From positions 69,688,401-69,752,400 of the forward strand of contig NC_057719.1 in the NCBI RefSeq assembly GCF_004010195.1: a DNA stretch of 64,000 nucleotides, given 5' to 3'. The position numbers were made by a program, and so were the translations under genes. The notes beneath the pieces were generated by a model that was not told the DNA's origin, searched no databases, and saw only the letters and a list, made by a program, of their open reading frames with translations. The stretch comes from Chiloscyllium plagiosum. Its lineage: Eukaryota. Positions 51,905 through 64,000 of this stretch are shown here, in pieces; the first letter of the stretch is position 1; each line of letters starts with the position of its first letter.

Positions 51905-52730
51905 TCTGGGCATGAGGAAGGCCAGCTGCCCATCCCTAATTACCCCAGAAAAGGTGGTAGTCATCTGCTGTCTTGAACTGCTGCAAGTATATCCATAGAT
52001 TTTGATCCAATAACAGTGAATGAGTAGCAAATATAGTTCCAAGACAGTATGTGCGTAGCATGGAGTGGAACTTGTAGGTAATGGTATTCCTCTGCATCTG
52101 CTGCCCTCGTCCTTTTAGATGATAGAGGTCTTGATTTAGAAGGTGATGTTGAACCAGTTTTGGTAAGTTAATGCAGTGCATCTTGCAGATGATACACACT
52201 GGAGCCACTGTCCCGAGGTAATGGAGGAAGTGAACATTAAAGTTGGTGGATGGGGTGCAAATCAAGCAGATTGCTTTGAGCTGGATTGTGTCTAATTTCT
52301 TAAGTGATGTTGGAACAACATACATCCAGGCAAGAATGGAATATTCCAGCATGTGCCTTTTAGTCTTGTAGATGGTAGATGGCTTGAGGGAGTCAGGTGA
52401 ATTCTCAGTCACTGATTTGCTATTGTATCCACTTTATTTATATAAACGGTCCAGTTCAGTTTCTAGTCAATTTGTAAAAATCCCAGAATATTGATGCTAA
52501 GGGAATGTCAAGGAAAGATGGTTAGACGTTTTCTTTTTGAAGATGGTCATTGCCTGGAAATTTCATGGTGCAAATGTTATTTGCTACTTTTCAGCCCAAA
52601 TCCAAATGTTATTCAGGCCATGCTGCACATGATTACGGACCAGTTCGGTATCTGAGTAGACATAAAAGGTGCTGAACATAGTGCAGTTATTAGCAAACAT
52701 CCCCATCTCTGACATTTTGATGGAGAGAAG
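51905..52730 (-). mobile_element. CR1-clade LINE 3' fragment (second family)
   Basis: MFANNCTMF (FADD-like); STIYKTKRHMLEYSILAWM...LKKLDTIQLKAICLI; tail GGGTAATTAGGGATGGGCAG. Confidence 0.8.
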
Positions 52731-55043
52731 TATATTGTTTGGATCAGATAAGCCAAGAACTTGAGCTAAGGCATTAGAACAAACAGACAAAAATTGGAGA
52801 TTATAAAAAAGTAATTATTTACAGAAACCTTGGGAAATATATCTTCACTCAAAAGATGATGAATGTTTGGAATAGTCCACCAACTAAGTTGGTGGCATTA
52901 AAAACATTTTGAATTTTGAATGGGATCATGTGGGGACTGAATTAAGGGAATGAACTTGATGTATCAGATAATCATTTCTTAACGCTATGCAGAACTGGAG
53001 AAAGGTGAAAAAGCAGTGAATTACCTGTTCTTCTAACTTTTAATCTTGAAGTATCACAGAGTATTAAAATGTGAAAATTTATCTGCACGACATGTTTTCT
53101 TCTGCAGAATGTGGCTCAAATCCCCTGTTTACAGTGGAGATTTCTTCCTGGAGCAGGTCTCCAGTGTAAACACTGCTTCTGAAAGCATTTCAAATTTCAC
53201 CATTGAAGTGTTGAGTTCAACACAGGGTTTGCACTCTATGAGAAGTAGTGCAAACTTTTTTGCAGCACACTGTGGAAAAAGTATCCCTTGAGTCCTGCTG
53301 TTGCCTGGAAACCATACAGATTTAGTTATCTGCAAAGCCTCAAGAAGAGTGGCATCCTTGTTTTCCATGGTGCAATGTGACTGCAGTATAAACAAGGTAG
53401 AATAGATTCTGGCCTCTGCAATATCCAAAGTAAACCTTACCATAGTCATTGTGAATGTCAGTACAAATAGGGCTTCTGTCTCATGACAGGTTTTTCTAAT
53501 ATTAATTTGAATTCAATACATTTTCAACATAAAGGAATTTAACACTTTTAACATTTGAATGCTGTTCACATGTAGCTTTATCTTTCAGTTGCAAATGAAT
53601 TGGACATTTTCTTTATTGTTCATCGCAATAAAAATATAACTTACCCTTATTGTAATGAAGTAGCTCGGAATTGACACCATTATTAGCTCCATCAGCATAG
53701 CTAATATAAAAAGAGTGACAGAGAATGAGAAACAATCTGGAAAATTTTGGTAAATTTTCTTCCATTGCACAGGGATTTTCCTCAGGTTTCAGTCTGTTTA
53801 CCAGAAGATCATATTTATTCAGCATTTGGCTTTTGTGCTCCCAGCTGGGGAGATGTGGAAGTACAGAGCAGAGGTTCCATTTGCAGCTCTATTTCATACT
53901 GCAAGCTGTAAACTGATGGTGTAGCACCACGAGCAGAATCATTTTTTTTCCAAAATACTAACAGGTGCATCGACCACACGCATAAATATGAAACCCTAGA
54001 AAACTCTCCAGGCTCCCCAAAAAGGCTGTTGCATATTTTGAATTATTACTAGACTTTCAGACACTTAAAAAAAACTCATAACATGTACATACAACCAGTG
54101 GGATGATAGTGTAATATAGCTATGATTTGGTAGCAGAATATTGCAATTCTTCCAATACAGTACAATATTCTTTTGAAGCTATAGTTGCTCCTTATAAGCA
54201 CCTCCTCCTATTTCTGCCCGATATGTTAATTATTTTGAGTCTAATGCCATATATAATGAATGTTCAGTGATCTGATGTAAACAGTATATAAACATTGTGC
54301 AGTTATTGCTATTTGCATTCCTGTTTGAGACTCAGCACCAGCATAGCACACTAAAACCCCTGGGACACACAACTAATTGTTATTAATGCCACACTGGAGG
54401 TAAAGATGAATGGTTAACTGTGCTTTCATCTTTGTGCGTGCGTATTGCTACCAAACACAAATGTTACATTGCCTTAGAATGCACCTAAATAAGCATTGTC
54501 ATTAGGACAATGGTAAGTGCTATCAAGAAATTAATGTCTGGACAGTGGTATTCATCTTTTCCTCTAGCCATAAACATTATTTATTGAAAATTCACAGCTA
54601 CATTTTCATGTACCCAGCTTAAAGGCATCAATGAAGAAATGGTAATAAATAGAAAAGTTGGACGTATAAAAATGAACCTACTCACACTAATCATTTAATA
54701 GGATATTTCATTCCTTGTTTTTTTATTTGCATTTATAGCAGCATTTAGAATGAATTACAGATACTGTAAATGGCTTAATATGGTCTATAATTAACTAGCT
54801 GGTTAATGAGGGAGCTTCAAATGAAAATAGAGTGAATTCCTTTCAGTTGCCTTTCAACCATCTACATCAAATCATGTCCCAAAGTCTTATTCCTGATGAG
54901 ATTTATTCCAGATTAGACAAAAGCTTATCTACTTAGCTCTTCATACAGTTTGTAAGGCCTGTGTCCCAAGACAGAATCGTTCTAACACTCTCAGCACAGT
55001 AATCATCACAGAGAGCAATGTTGAAAACTTTGGCAAAAACCAT

Positions 55044-55585
55044 GAGCTGCAGCTTATGATTTTTGGCTAAGTGTTAGTCTTGTTGAGCTTCAAAGAGATT
55101 TCTCTCCATGAGGCCTAGCAAGATCTCTTGCTGCATCTTACCAAACCTGCCTCTTGACTAGCTTCCCCGGCCATATGGACCCCCTCATCTGATGACAGTC
55201 CCATCGTAACATATGCTGTTCCCAGAACAACTTGCTGTGGCTAGGATGTCCTAGAATTGACTGACATGTCTGGCACTGGCACCACCTTAAAAGACCACTG
55301 TTGCACATGGACAAACACTATTGGTCCGGAGCTGTCTTGCACAATTTCTGACAACTGCCCTGGACAACTGCCCCACTTTTCAGGCAGAGACTTGAAGATC
55401 TGCTTAATGGGGCATTGCAGAGGTGGGATGTTCTCTTATCCCAGGACTGGCAGCAGACGCCACAACATTAGCCTATCCAGGCTGGTCCGAGGTTACCACT
55501 TTGGGTCAGTGCAGTCTCGCGTCTCTGGAGGAATGCCCAGCACTGTAAGAAGAATGTCAATGACCTTCCCCACTCTGCCAGCATA
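55044..55585 (+). mobile_element. Harbinger-like fossil: left end plus Myb/SANT-like exon
   Basis: LPHFSGRDLKI...WVSAVSRLWRNAQHCKKNVNDL; TTGGCTAAGTGT...CATGAGGCCTAGCA shared with the 35549 copy. Confidence 0.75.
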
Positions 55586-56304
55586 TTCAAAGGGGGGGCC
55601 AACTGGAACGTGAAGGTACATTTTGACTTTTACTGCAGTTATGAAGGGTCTGCAGGGCTTCAGCATCTCTGCTGGCTCACCAAGGCTACAAGGAAGCAGC
55701 AGCAGCTCAGCACTGACTATCTCAGGCAGCCATTGAGAAAGTCAGCATGTGACAGCGAGGATGGGGGTGAGTATGCCAGGGGGCATTTATTGGCAGTTGT
55801 CTGCAAAAGGGGGTAGAAAGTACCACCACTGAAAGGGTGTTGTGCCACAGTGACATGGGTAATGGCCCCACTATCTTTGATAGTCCATCAGGCCAAGGTT
55901 GATGCTTACTTATAGCAAGAACCAACATATGAAACATTTTAACATGGGGAGGCTGCTGCACTGCAGCTACTGCAGTTTTGGTTGTCTCGGAAACTCTCTC
56001 ACCTGCCATCTATGTATTGGAAGTGTTTACTGGCCAATAATCAACCTGTTTGGACTTTGTATGACACAGTATGTAGGCCCATGATATTTGTACCATTGAG
56101 TGCCTGTGCCCTCAGCAGTGAAAAGGTTGGGGTGCAGAAGGGGATATTTGTAGGAATGGATGAGGCTAGTGTCACTTAAAGCCAGCTTGCACATCTTGAA
56201 AAGGGGCTACAATTGTGTAGGAGATGTGAGTAGCCAGGGAAAACATCCTGAGCAGAATGAACACTGAGAAATGGTGGAATACGGTAATGAGTTTTTAACG
56301 ATTA

Positions 56305-56990
56305 AATCATGGATGCAGGCTTGTTGGCTGGGCCAAATTTAATGCCCGTCTCTGGCTGTCCATTGAAAAGGTGGTGGTGAGCAGCCTTGAACCGTGCCTG
56401 TCCATTTGTTGTAGTAGACCCACAATGCTGTTTGGGAGGGACTAAAATACCAGTGACACTGAAGGAAGGGTGATACATTTCCAAGTCAGGATGGTGAGTG
56501 TCTCAGAGAGGAATTTAGAGATGCTGGTGCTCCCATGTCAATTTGTCCTGGTCCTTCTAGACAGTAGCGATTGTTGGAAGATGTGGTCTCAGGAGCTTTG
56601 GTAAATTTCTGCAGTGCAAGTGCTGCTGAGTGTCAGTGCTGCACAATATGGATGTTTGTTGATGTGTGCTATTTAAGCAGGATGCTTTGTCCTGAATGGT
56701 GTCAAATTTCTTAAGTGTTGTGAGAGATGTAGCTATTCAGGCATACAGGAGACATTGCACCACAATCCTGACTTGTGCCTTGTAGATGGTGGATATGCTC
56801 TTTGGAGTTAGAAGGTTCAGAGTTGGGTATTCAATGATGTTGATGCTATTGAATGTCATGGGGAATGGTTAGATTATCTTGTTAGAAATGGTCATTGCTG
56901 AGCATGTCTGTGGTGTGGTTGTTACTTGCCACTTTTCAGCCCTGGATTGGATTGTCCAGATCTAGCTGCATTTGAACATACATTGCTTCA
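56305..56990 (-). mobile_element. CR1-clade LINE 3' fragment (family of 51905)
   Basis: GGTGGTGGTGAGCAGCCTTGAAC...GACTTGTGCCTTGTAGATGGT. Confidence 0.75.
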
Positions 56991-57819
56991 CTTTCCTGTC
57001 ATAATGTAGCTCAACAGAGATGCAATATATTGCACTGAAAAGCATGTTATTTGTGTGAAATTCTTGAAGTCAGATCTATTCCAACAGTATGTGCCATAAC
57101 ACTGCCTGTAAACTTCTGCAGTACAAAACACTAAAAACATCTATAAACACAGCAAAAGTCAACAGAAATCATCCAGCAACTAACCTGAAAGCAGATGATA
57201 CTCCCTTTATATTGTGCTGGTATCTTCTGTTGTTCAATGAGCTCAGCGAGGTTGAGAAGCTGTAGCTGGAGCATTGAAATCATAAGTGACATCACTGGTA
57301 TCAAATGAATATTACACTGACTGATTTCAGGGCAGATAGTTTGTGAATAATTGCAGTGCACCCTCCCTGCACCCTTGTCACTTCCAACACCGAAATGCTA
57401 TGCAGCACAGTCAGAGCTAGGAGTGTATGCATTCTCAATCCGTGTTATTTTAGCCCTGAGATAGCCACGTAAATGGATTTCCCATCATCTGTTTCTAAAC
57501 CATTTCAGATCAATTGTAGTTTTGCAACCTAGAAAAATAAATGCTACAGAGAGGGAAAGGCACCTTTCTTATTTGCCCGATAACCAAAATGTTACATTGA
57601 ACAGTTGCTGATTACATTCTTTGTGAGTTCATCACAAAAGCATCAACAGGTTAGAGCAATGGAAAATGCACTTACATCTGATTGTAAAGGCCAATTAATT
57701 AGTTGGTTTAGAATTTGACTGTGCCCAGTGTTGTTTTAAGAGGTAAAGGTGGGATTTGTAGTGGTACCATAAAAATGTCAGTACCAAATGTTTTGATTTA
57801 ACAGTAAATGGGATTTTTA

Positions 57820-57945
57820 TAATAAAAGCAAATAAACAATAGAAGTTCTGCAGATCACTAATACCTGATTCAAAACATTAACTCTTCTTTCTCTACCCAC
57901 AGATGCTACCAGACCTGCTGAGATTTTCCAGCAATCTGTTCATTT
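57820..57945 (+). mobile_element. Degenerate PLE pLTR fragment
   Basis: AAACATTAACTC...CACAGATGCTACCAGACCTGCTGAG. Confidence 0.65.
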
Positions 57946-58013
57946 CGAATGAGATTTATAGTGAGCCAATGGCTGTAAACAAACCTAACATTCAACACTA
58001 AGTGTCTAGAACT

Positions 58014-58330
58014 GGGGCAGCACAGTGGCTCAGTGGTTAGCACTGCTGCCTCACAGCGCCAGGGACCTGGGTTTGATTTCAGCCTCAGATGACTGTCTGT
58101 GTGGAGTTTGCACATTTTCCCAGCGTCTGTGTGGGCTTCCTCCGGGTGCTCCAGTTCCCTCCCACAGTCCAAAGATATGCAGATCAGGTGAATTGGCCAT
58201 GCTAAATTGCCCCATCGTGTTAGGTTAATTAGTCAGAGGGAAATGGGTCTGCGTGAGTTACTCTTTGGAGGGTCAGTGTGGTCTGGTTGGACCAAAGGGC
58301 CTGTTTTCACACTGTAGGGAATCTAATCTA
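58014..58330 (+). mobile_element. Full-length HE1-type SINE
   Basis: GGGGCAGCACAGTGGCTCAGTGGTTAGCACTGCTGCCTCACAGCGCCAGGGACC...CTGTAGGGAATCTAATCTAA. Confidence 0.95.
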
Positions 58331-58719
58331 AAACATGACAGGACAGTTTAGAATAGAAAAACACTACTTATAACTTACAGTTCAAATATTCATAGTGCAG
58401 ATCTTTCTCTTTCTAAAATATTACAATTATTTCCATAGATGAACTTCAGACCTTTCACTCTGGGCATTGTATACTTTACATGAATGAACCCTGCAGACTC
58501 CAAAAGTGTGGCTTTGCTAAGACTCTAAATGCCAAAGTAGAGGCATAGCAGTTTAGATCACTGGTACAGAAGACTATAAAGCCACAATTCAGGGTGTTAG
58601 TAATTGAAGTATTGAAAGTACTCACAAATTAAACAGTGATCGTCAATAGTTGGTAACAGCAAGGGAACAAGCATATGAGAACTGCATGCAAGAACAAAAT
58701 ATTTTAGTGTCATAACAAC

Positions 58720-59620
58720 CATGAGTTGTATTTATAGTGCACATAAAATGTAATAAAACAAACCAATTTGCATCACGTGTAAGGTAAAACCTTATAGATA
58801 TGTTACAATAGGTGACTAACAGCTAGATGGAAGAGGTTGATGTGGAAGAGTATTTTAAAATAGGAAAGTGACGTCAAAACGTAGAGATGTTCACAAAAGG
58901 AATTCCAGAGCTTAGGGCCGATGTAGCTGAAGACATGGTCACCAAAGGTGAAGTAGTTAAAACGCCAGAGACCAAACTTAGACATTGGAGGATTTTGGGA
59001 CTGGAGAAGATCACAAAGATGTGGAGAAACATGGGCTTCAGAGAGATTTGAAAACAAGGTAAATTATTTTAAAATGAAGGAGAGGCAATGAATATGAACA
59101 AGCACATGGATGGATGGGAGTTGATGCGAGTAAAATCATGGGTTGTGGTGTTTGGATGAACTCGACCTAAAGAAAATAGAATGTGCAAGGTCAGCGGCAA
59201 TGAGCTGAGTTATTTGATGATATGGAGGTGGAATTAACTCATTTTAGTGATAACACAAACTCGTGGTTGAAGTTGATCTTGGAGACAAATGGGACACCTG
59301 TGATGCAAATAGTCTGGTTCAACCTGAGACAGTTGTCAGGGTGAGGGATTGACTCAATTAGCTAGGGACTAGAGTTTATGGCAGACAACAAAGACAATGG
59401 TTTTAGTTTTCAAATTATAAATTGAAAGATACTTCTGCTCATTTCATATTGGATGTCAAGTAAGCAGTCTGATAAATTACCTACAGTGGAGAAGTGAGAG
59501 ATTGGTGGTAAGGTAGAACAGGGTTTTGCCAGTATACATGTTAAAATTAAAAGCATACTTTTGAATGATGCTGCTTAGGTCAGCATGTGGAAGACAAATA
59601 GAATAGATCCTTGGGGAAAC
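58720..59620 (-). mobile_element. L2-type LINE 3' region
   Basis: TFGDHVFSYIGPKLWNS...LSYFKILFHINLF, typical of the L2 C-terminus (GGRAFS..GPKLWNSLP). Confidence 0.75.
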
Positions 59621-60864
59621 AGCGTGGCGGTGGGGGTGGGGGTGGGGGGGGTGAGGGGGGAGGAAAGAAGACATAGCAGGCAGTAACATAGCGAGATAAA
59701 TAAAAATGAATGGAGCACCATTTTGTCGCTGAATTCTGAGTCTGACACCTGATTAATGTGGATGTATATAGAATGTGCAACAACAATGGTACAAAGTGGT
59801 ATCCAATTGCAAAATATTGATCCCAAGCTTCAACTCCAGTGTATGACAGATACAGTCAGGTGTATGTGATCCCATCTGAGTTCTTCATTTAAGGTTCACA
59901 GAATATGACACAGTGGAACTCTCAAAATATTAAGAAAAGGGAAATTTACTAACAAGAAGTTAGAAAAAAAATTGGACTTATAAATGGACTTCAGTTTTGA
60001 TTAGAAATAAATTTTACTTTTATGTCAGTTTTCAAGAATACGGCAAGAGATCTGAAAATTGAATGATGGTAATTCATAACTGGAGAAAGATTGTCAGGTA
60101 AAATTTAATTGAGTTGAAGATCAAGGATGACAATAACTCTTTATATGGTGAATGTATTTTTCCTTAATATTGAATAGTAAGCCAATCTAACCAGTCTTAC
60201 TCCAGAGGAAAGGCTGAAAATTCTTTGGGCTGTTTCAGAGCAAACACTAATTCTACCTAAGTTTGAAGTTGTGTCTTCACTGTTCTACTCTTGTAAATTA
60301 GTTTCTCACACTCTTTTTACTATTTCTCATTCTCTTTTTGCAATTTTATACAATTCAATGCATTCAGATTCTTCTCTCGGATTGAAAATCTCAACTTTTT
60401 CATTTTTTTCCTCTAGCTCATCTCCTTACTGACATCCTTACAACTTGACAACCAAAACAGACACACTACTTGATATGGTCAAATGGTTAACAGCACACAG
60501 TACGTTTTTACTAATAAATCCTCTAATGTTGCTTGAGTCAATCCAGTAGAGTTGTACAATGTCTCAGCTACATAAAAAGACAAAAATTGATTCTAGTCTT
60601 GTGTTATAGTAGTCTTATTGACCTATGTATTTAGAACCAAGATGATGTGTTATAATACCTATAACCAAAGACAGAGGCTATGTGGGCACTGACCATTTCT
60701 ATAACATGACAGATAATGAACAGCAGACCGTGTCCAGTATTTGCATTTAGCTATTGTAGTTAATTTTAAATCTTATCATGTACTTAAAAGTGAATGAACA
60801 TTCAGATAATAGATTTTCTGATGTTTAAAATACTAAGCAGACAAGCAGGTACCTAAGAAATAAG

Positions 60865-61283
60865 AAATGGCAGAAGATGATTCTCTGAATGCCGAGACTG
60901 GTGGGGTGGAATATAAGGGCAAAGGGAAACCCTGTCATTTCTTCTGGGAAAGAGAGAAAAGGGTGAGGGCAGAAATGTGGGAAATGAATCAGACACAACT
61001 GAGGGCTCTGTCAATCACAAACTGGCAGGAATCTTCACCTGAGAGAAAATACGGTCATGTCGGAGGCAGCCCAGTTTGAAGATGGAATCATTAGAACAGA
61101 TGCAATGGGGACAGAGAAGCAGATATAAGGAGGTGTAGTTGAGGTAACTGTGTGAGTTTGTGGCCTTTTAATTGGTACTGGTGCTCAGCCTATTCCAGCA
61201 ATGGTAACAGTGAAGTCAAGGAAAGGGAGGGAAGAGTCAAAGATGGACTAGGTGAAAGTAAGGGAAGGATGGAAAATGGATGC
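60865..61283 (-). mobile_element. Penelope RT C-terminal fragment
   Basis: Reverse strand reads ASIFHPSLTFT*SIFDSSLPFLDFTVTI, the PLE thumb motif LPFLD. Confidence 0.75.
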
Positions 61284-61782
61284 TTACATAACCAAACTGA
61301 AGGGAGGGCAGACTAGATAAAAGCAGGGAAACATCCTTGTGGTTTCCCCTGGACTAGCACTAATTTTGATATTTCCAAAACATGGAGGCAGACCAAGCAA
61401 AGTTGTAAAGAAGTTCCTGACATAATCCATTTTGTAATATTACTTTGTCTTTAGTAGCAGGACATTAAGTAACACCTCAGCATTGTGCAGGGATGAACAT
61501 TGAAACATATTCAATACTTCTATTCATTTAAATGAAAGGAAGGAAGGGCAGACTGATTTCCATCAGAGTCATTAGGTCGTTCCTGCTGGCATTTTCTTTC
61601 TCTGCCTAACTCAACAATGCTCAAAGACTATGTGAAACAATAGAAATATTCTCCATCACATTTCTTCCATGTTCTTAACTTCATCGTAAGTTAACTCAAG
61701 GCGGCGATTGCAACATTGAAATAGCTCAATAAAGATTTACAAGTTTTGCTTTGGGTGAACTCTGATTTGTATCACAAGCATC

Positions 61783-62930
61783 AACTTGTATTTATGTATT
61801 ACTTTTAACATCATAACATGCCCCAAAGGCATGCTTGCAGGTGCATTATCGAACAAAATGTGGTAAAAGTGGTTCTAAGGTGCATTGCAAAGGGGCAAGG
61901 AGAGAATGCGGAGTGGAGAAGTTTGTGAAGGGAAGTCTAGAACTTCAGGCCATGGCAGTTGAAGGCATAGTCAGCAATGATGTTACATTTAAAATTGGAG
62001 ATACTCAAGAGAGTCAGCATTGAATGAACACAGATATTAGAATAGTTATGGGTTTGAAGGAAACTAGAGAGTTTAAAATTGGGGTATTGCTTAACTGGAA
62101 GTTAATATAGTTCCGTGAGCGTGGGCTGATAGATCATTACATCAGTGCAACTTAGAACAGTGCACAAGAGTTTTGATGTTCTCAAATTTATGGAGGGTAG
62201 TCCTGAGGAGAAAGTGAGGGTACATTGGAATACTTAAGTCTAATGGTAGCAAAGATGTGGATATGACTTCAGTAACAGATGGATTGAGAAAGATTGAAGT
62301 CAAATATGATTCCAAGTTTATGAGCAATCTGGTTTGGTCTTAGTTGCCAAGAAAGGGGGTGACATGGAATCGTTTGTGGCTAGGACTGAAGGCAAAGGTT
62401 TTTGATCTTCTCAGTGCTCATTGGGAGAGACAGTTGGAGGTGATTCTTATAGCTCTGATTAGATAGATACAAATGGAATCAGTTGAGAGTAGTCCCATTC
62501 AGCTTGATATCAGCAAAAACGTGCTGGAGAAAAGTAATATAGCCAAGCATATCAAAGGGAACAGGCATGTTGAGAAGGATACTAGAGAAGGATAAAAACA
62601 GCTAGTTTACCTTTAATACAATCGTGCAGCATGTTGTTTGTCACTTTGATAAGTGCTTTTTCAGTACATTGGCTGGTATGGAAACCCAATTAACCGGGTT
62701 CAAGATGGAATTCCAGGAAATATTTGAGAGGTGACAGCGTATTCAAAGACATTGGACAAGGAAGGGAAATTGGAGATAGAGGGCTCAAGGGTGGATTTTG
62801 AGGAGGGGAGAGTGATAATACCAACTTTGAAGGAGAGGGAGACAGCACTTGAGATGAGTGAACTGGTAGAAACATCAGCTAGCATGGATTTAAGAGAAAT
62901 TTGGTTAATAGTAGCTTAATGAGAATAGAG
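61783..62930 (-). mobile_element. L2-type LINE fragment
   Basis: Similar to 58720-59620; NFPSLSNVFEYAVTSQI resembles the SNLPFLSKVLE RT motif. Confidence 0.65.
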
Positions 62931-64000
62931 TTGAGTATTGTTGGCATTGTTATCAAAACATCAAGCAAATAACACCTGCTCACTTTGAATACCAACTGGT
63001 TGTTGATATCAACTTAAGAGAAAACAGTGATTTGATATTATGTTCCTGCTCTCCATTATTACCTAAGTCAATCTTCATATCGGTTTATGCATTAAGTTTT
63101 AGATGGTAGAGCTATATCCATTGACTTCTAATATTTGCAGATTGCTATAAATTACATCCTTGATTTTAGATATTCATTAGATGTCCTATATTTTGAAATG
63201 ATTTCATCCTGGAGTGCCAAGTAAACTAGCAAAATGTATTCCCTGGCCCATACTGTAAGACTTTCTAGTGATAACTGAAACCAAACTTATTTATCTCTCC
63301 TGAAGGATACAAATGTTTGTAAAGCTGAACAACAAATTCTCAGGGCAAGTCAACAGAAAATAAATATGATTGTGGTCATGACTAAACCATGCAAAATTGC
63401 TGCTAACTGAAGAAAACTGTGAAATCCTATTGAAAACGTATGACATACTTGCTGAATGATGTCTTCGTATCAGATCCAAGATTGCTGTTGTCAATCCAAC
63501 TTGACAAGAAGTTTGATTTTAGCATTTTTGCTTTTTGGTGTAAATAAGTTGTGTTCCATCCAATTTTCTGATTCCTTTATTTTATTTGTCTTTTCCATTG
63601 ATTTTTCATTGTCTTGTCATTGATTTTTCTCTTTGTACCAATATGAATGTTGCTTGCTTTATTATTATCAACTTACTGTCTGGAATACCCAAAATAACTG
63701 CAGGTCCACCTGACAACAGATTTAGGGAAGGATTGTGGTAATCAGTAAACAAAATTGTCTATACTTAAATTATTGTTTTATCTAAAGACATTGAAACCAG
63801 GAAATTGAGTCAACATCAAGAAACTGACATCTCCTGCTTTAATTGACATTTGTATTATAATTTCATCCCGGAGGTTGAAAGACTCTCTTTTCAGTTAGCC
63901 AGCTTGTAAAGCCAATGACAGACAAAGACAAACTAGACTCTTGAATACATATTGCATCCTATTACAACTGTTGCTTTGAGCAGCAGAGGAGAGAGAAGCA

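Noticed and set aside
58014..58085. tRNA gene (also 10881, 34082, 38335, 8692)
   Set aside because: A/B-box-like heads run straight into SINE bodies and LINE-derived tails; no intact cloverleaf.
59626..59663. G-quadruplex-capable G tract (also about 9536-9551)
   Set aside because: Low-complexity tract at the edge of a repeat with no functional context.
1..64000. Most short ORFs in the supplied track as host genes
   Set aside because: Many start at non-ATG codons, lie within repeats or on their antisense strand, and show no recognisable host domain or coherent exon chain.

Overview
Eukaryotic, AT-rich, repeat-dense non-coding DNA (intergenic or deep intronic). The repeat content points to a shark/elasmobranch genome, possibly a carpet/bamboo shark (inference): HE1-type tRNA SINEs, HER1/CR1 and L2 LINE fragments, Deu-domain SINEs, Penelope-like elements (PLEs) and Harbinger-like fossils. 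I can support no host protein-coding gene, tRNA/rRNA gene or CRISPR array; the recognisable ORFs are transposon debris. The most informative structure is about 14 PLE insertions of at least three families. Many are palindromic, with an inverted, tail-extended pLTR arm, 7-17 bp target-site duplications (TSDs) and minimal hammerhead-ribozyme motifs, and nearly all share one polarity. One copy (16158-16774) starts its sense segment at the predicted hammerhead cleavage site. Also present: four Harbinger-type Myb/SANT ORF fossils, a solo LTR with a 4-bp TSD, a recent 110-bp local inverted duplication, and speculative minus-strand exon/small-ORF candidates. Family names come from motif recall, not database searches, and boundaries of old repeats are approximate. 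I found no clearly new biological system; the best leads are mechanistic footprints of PLE retrotransposition.
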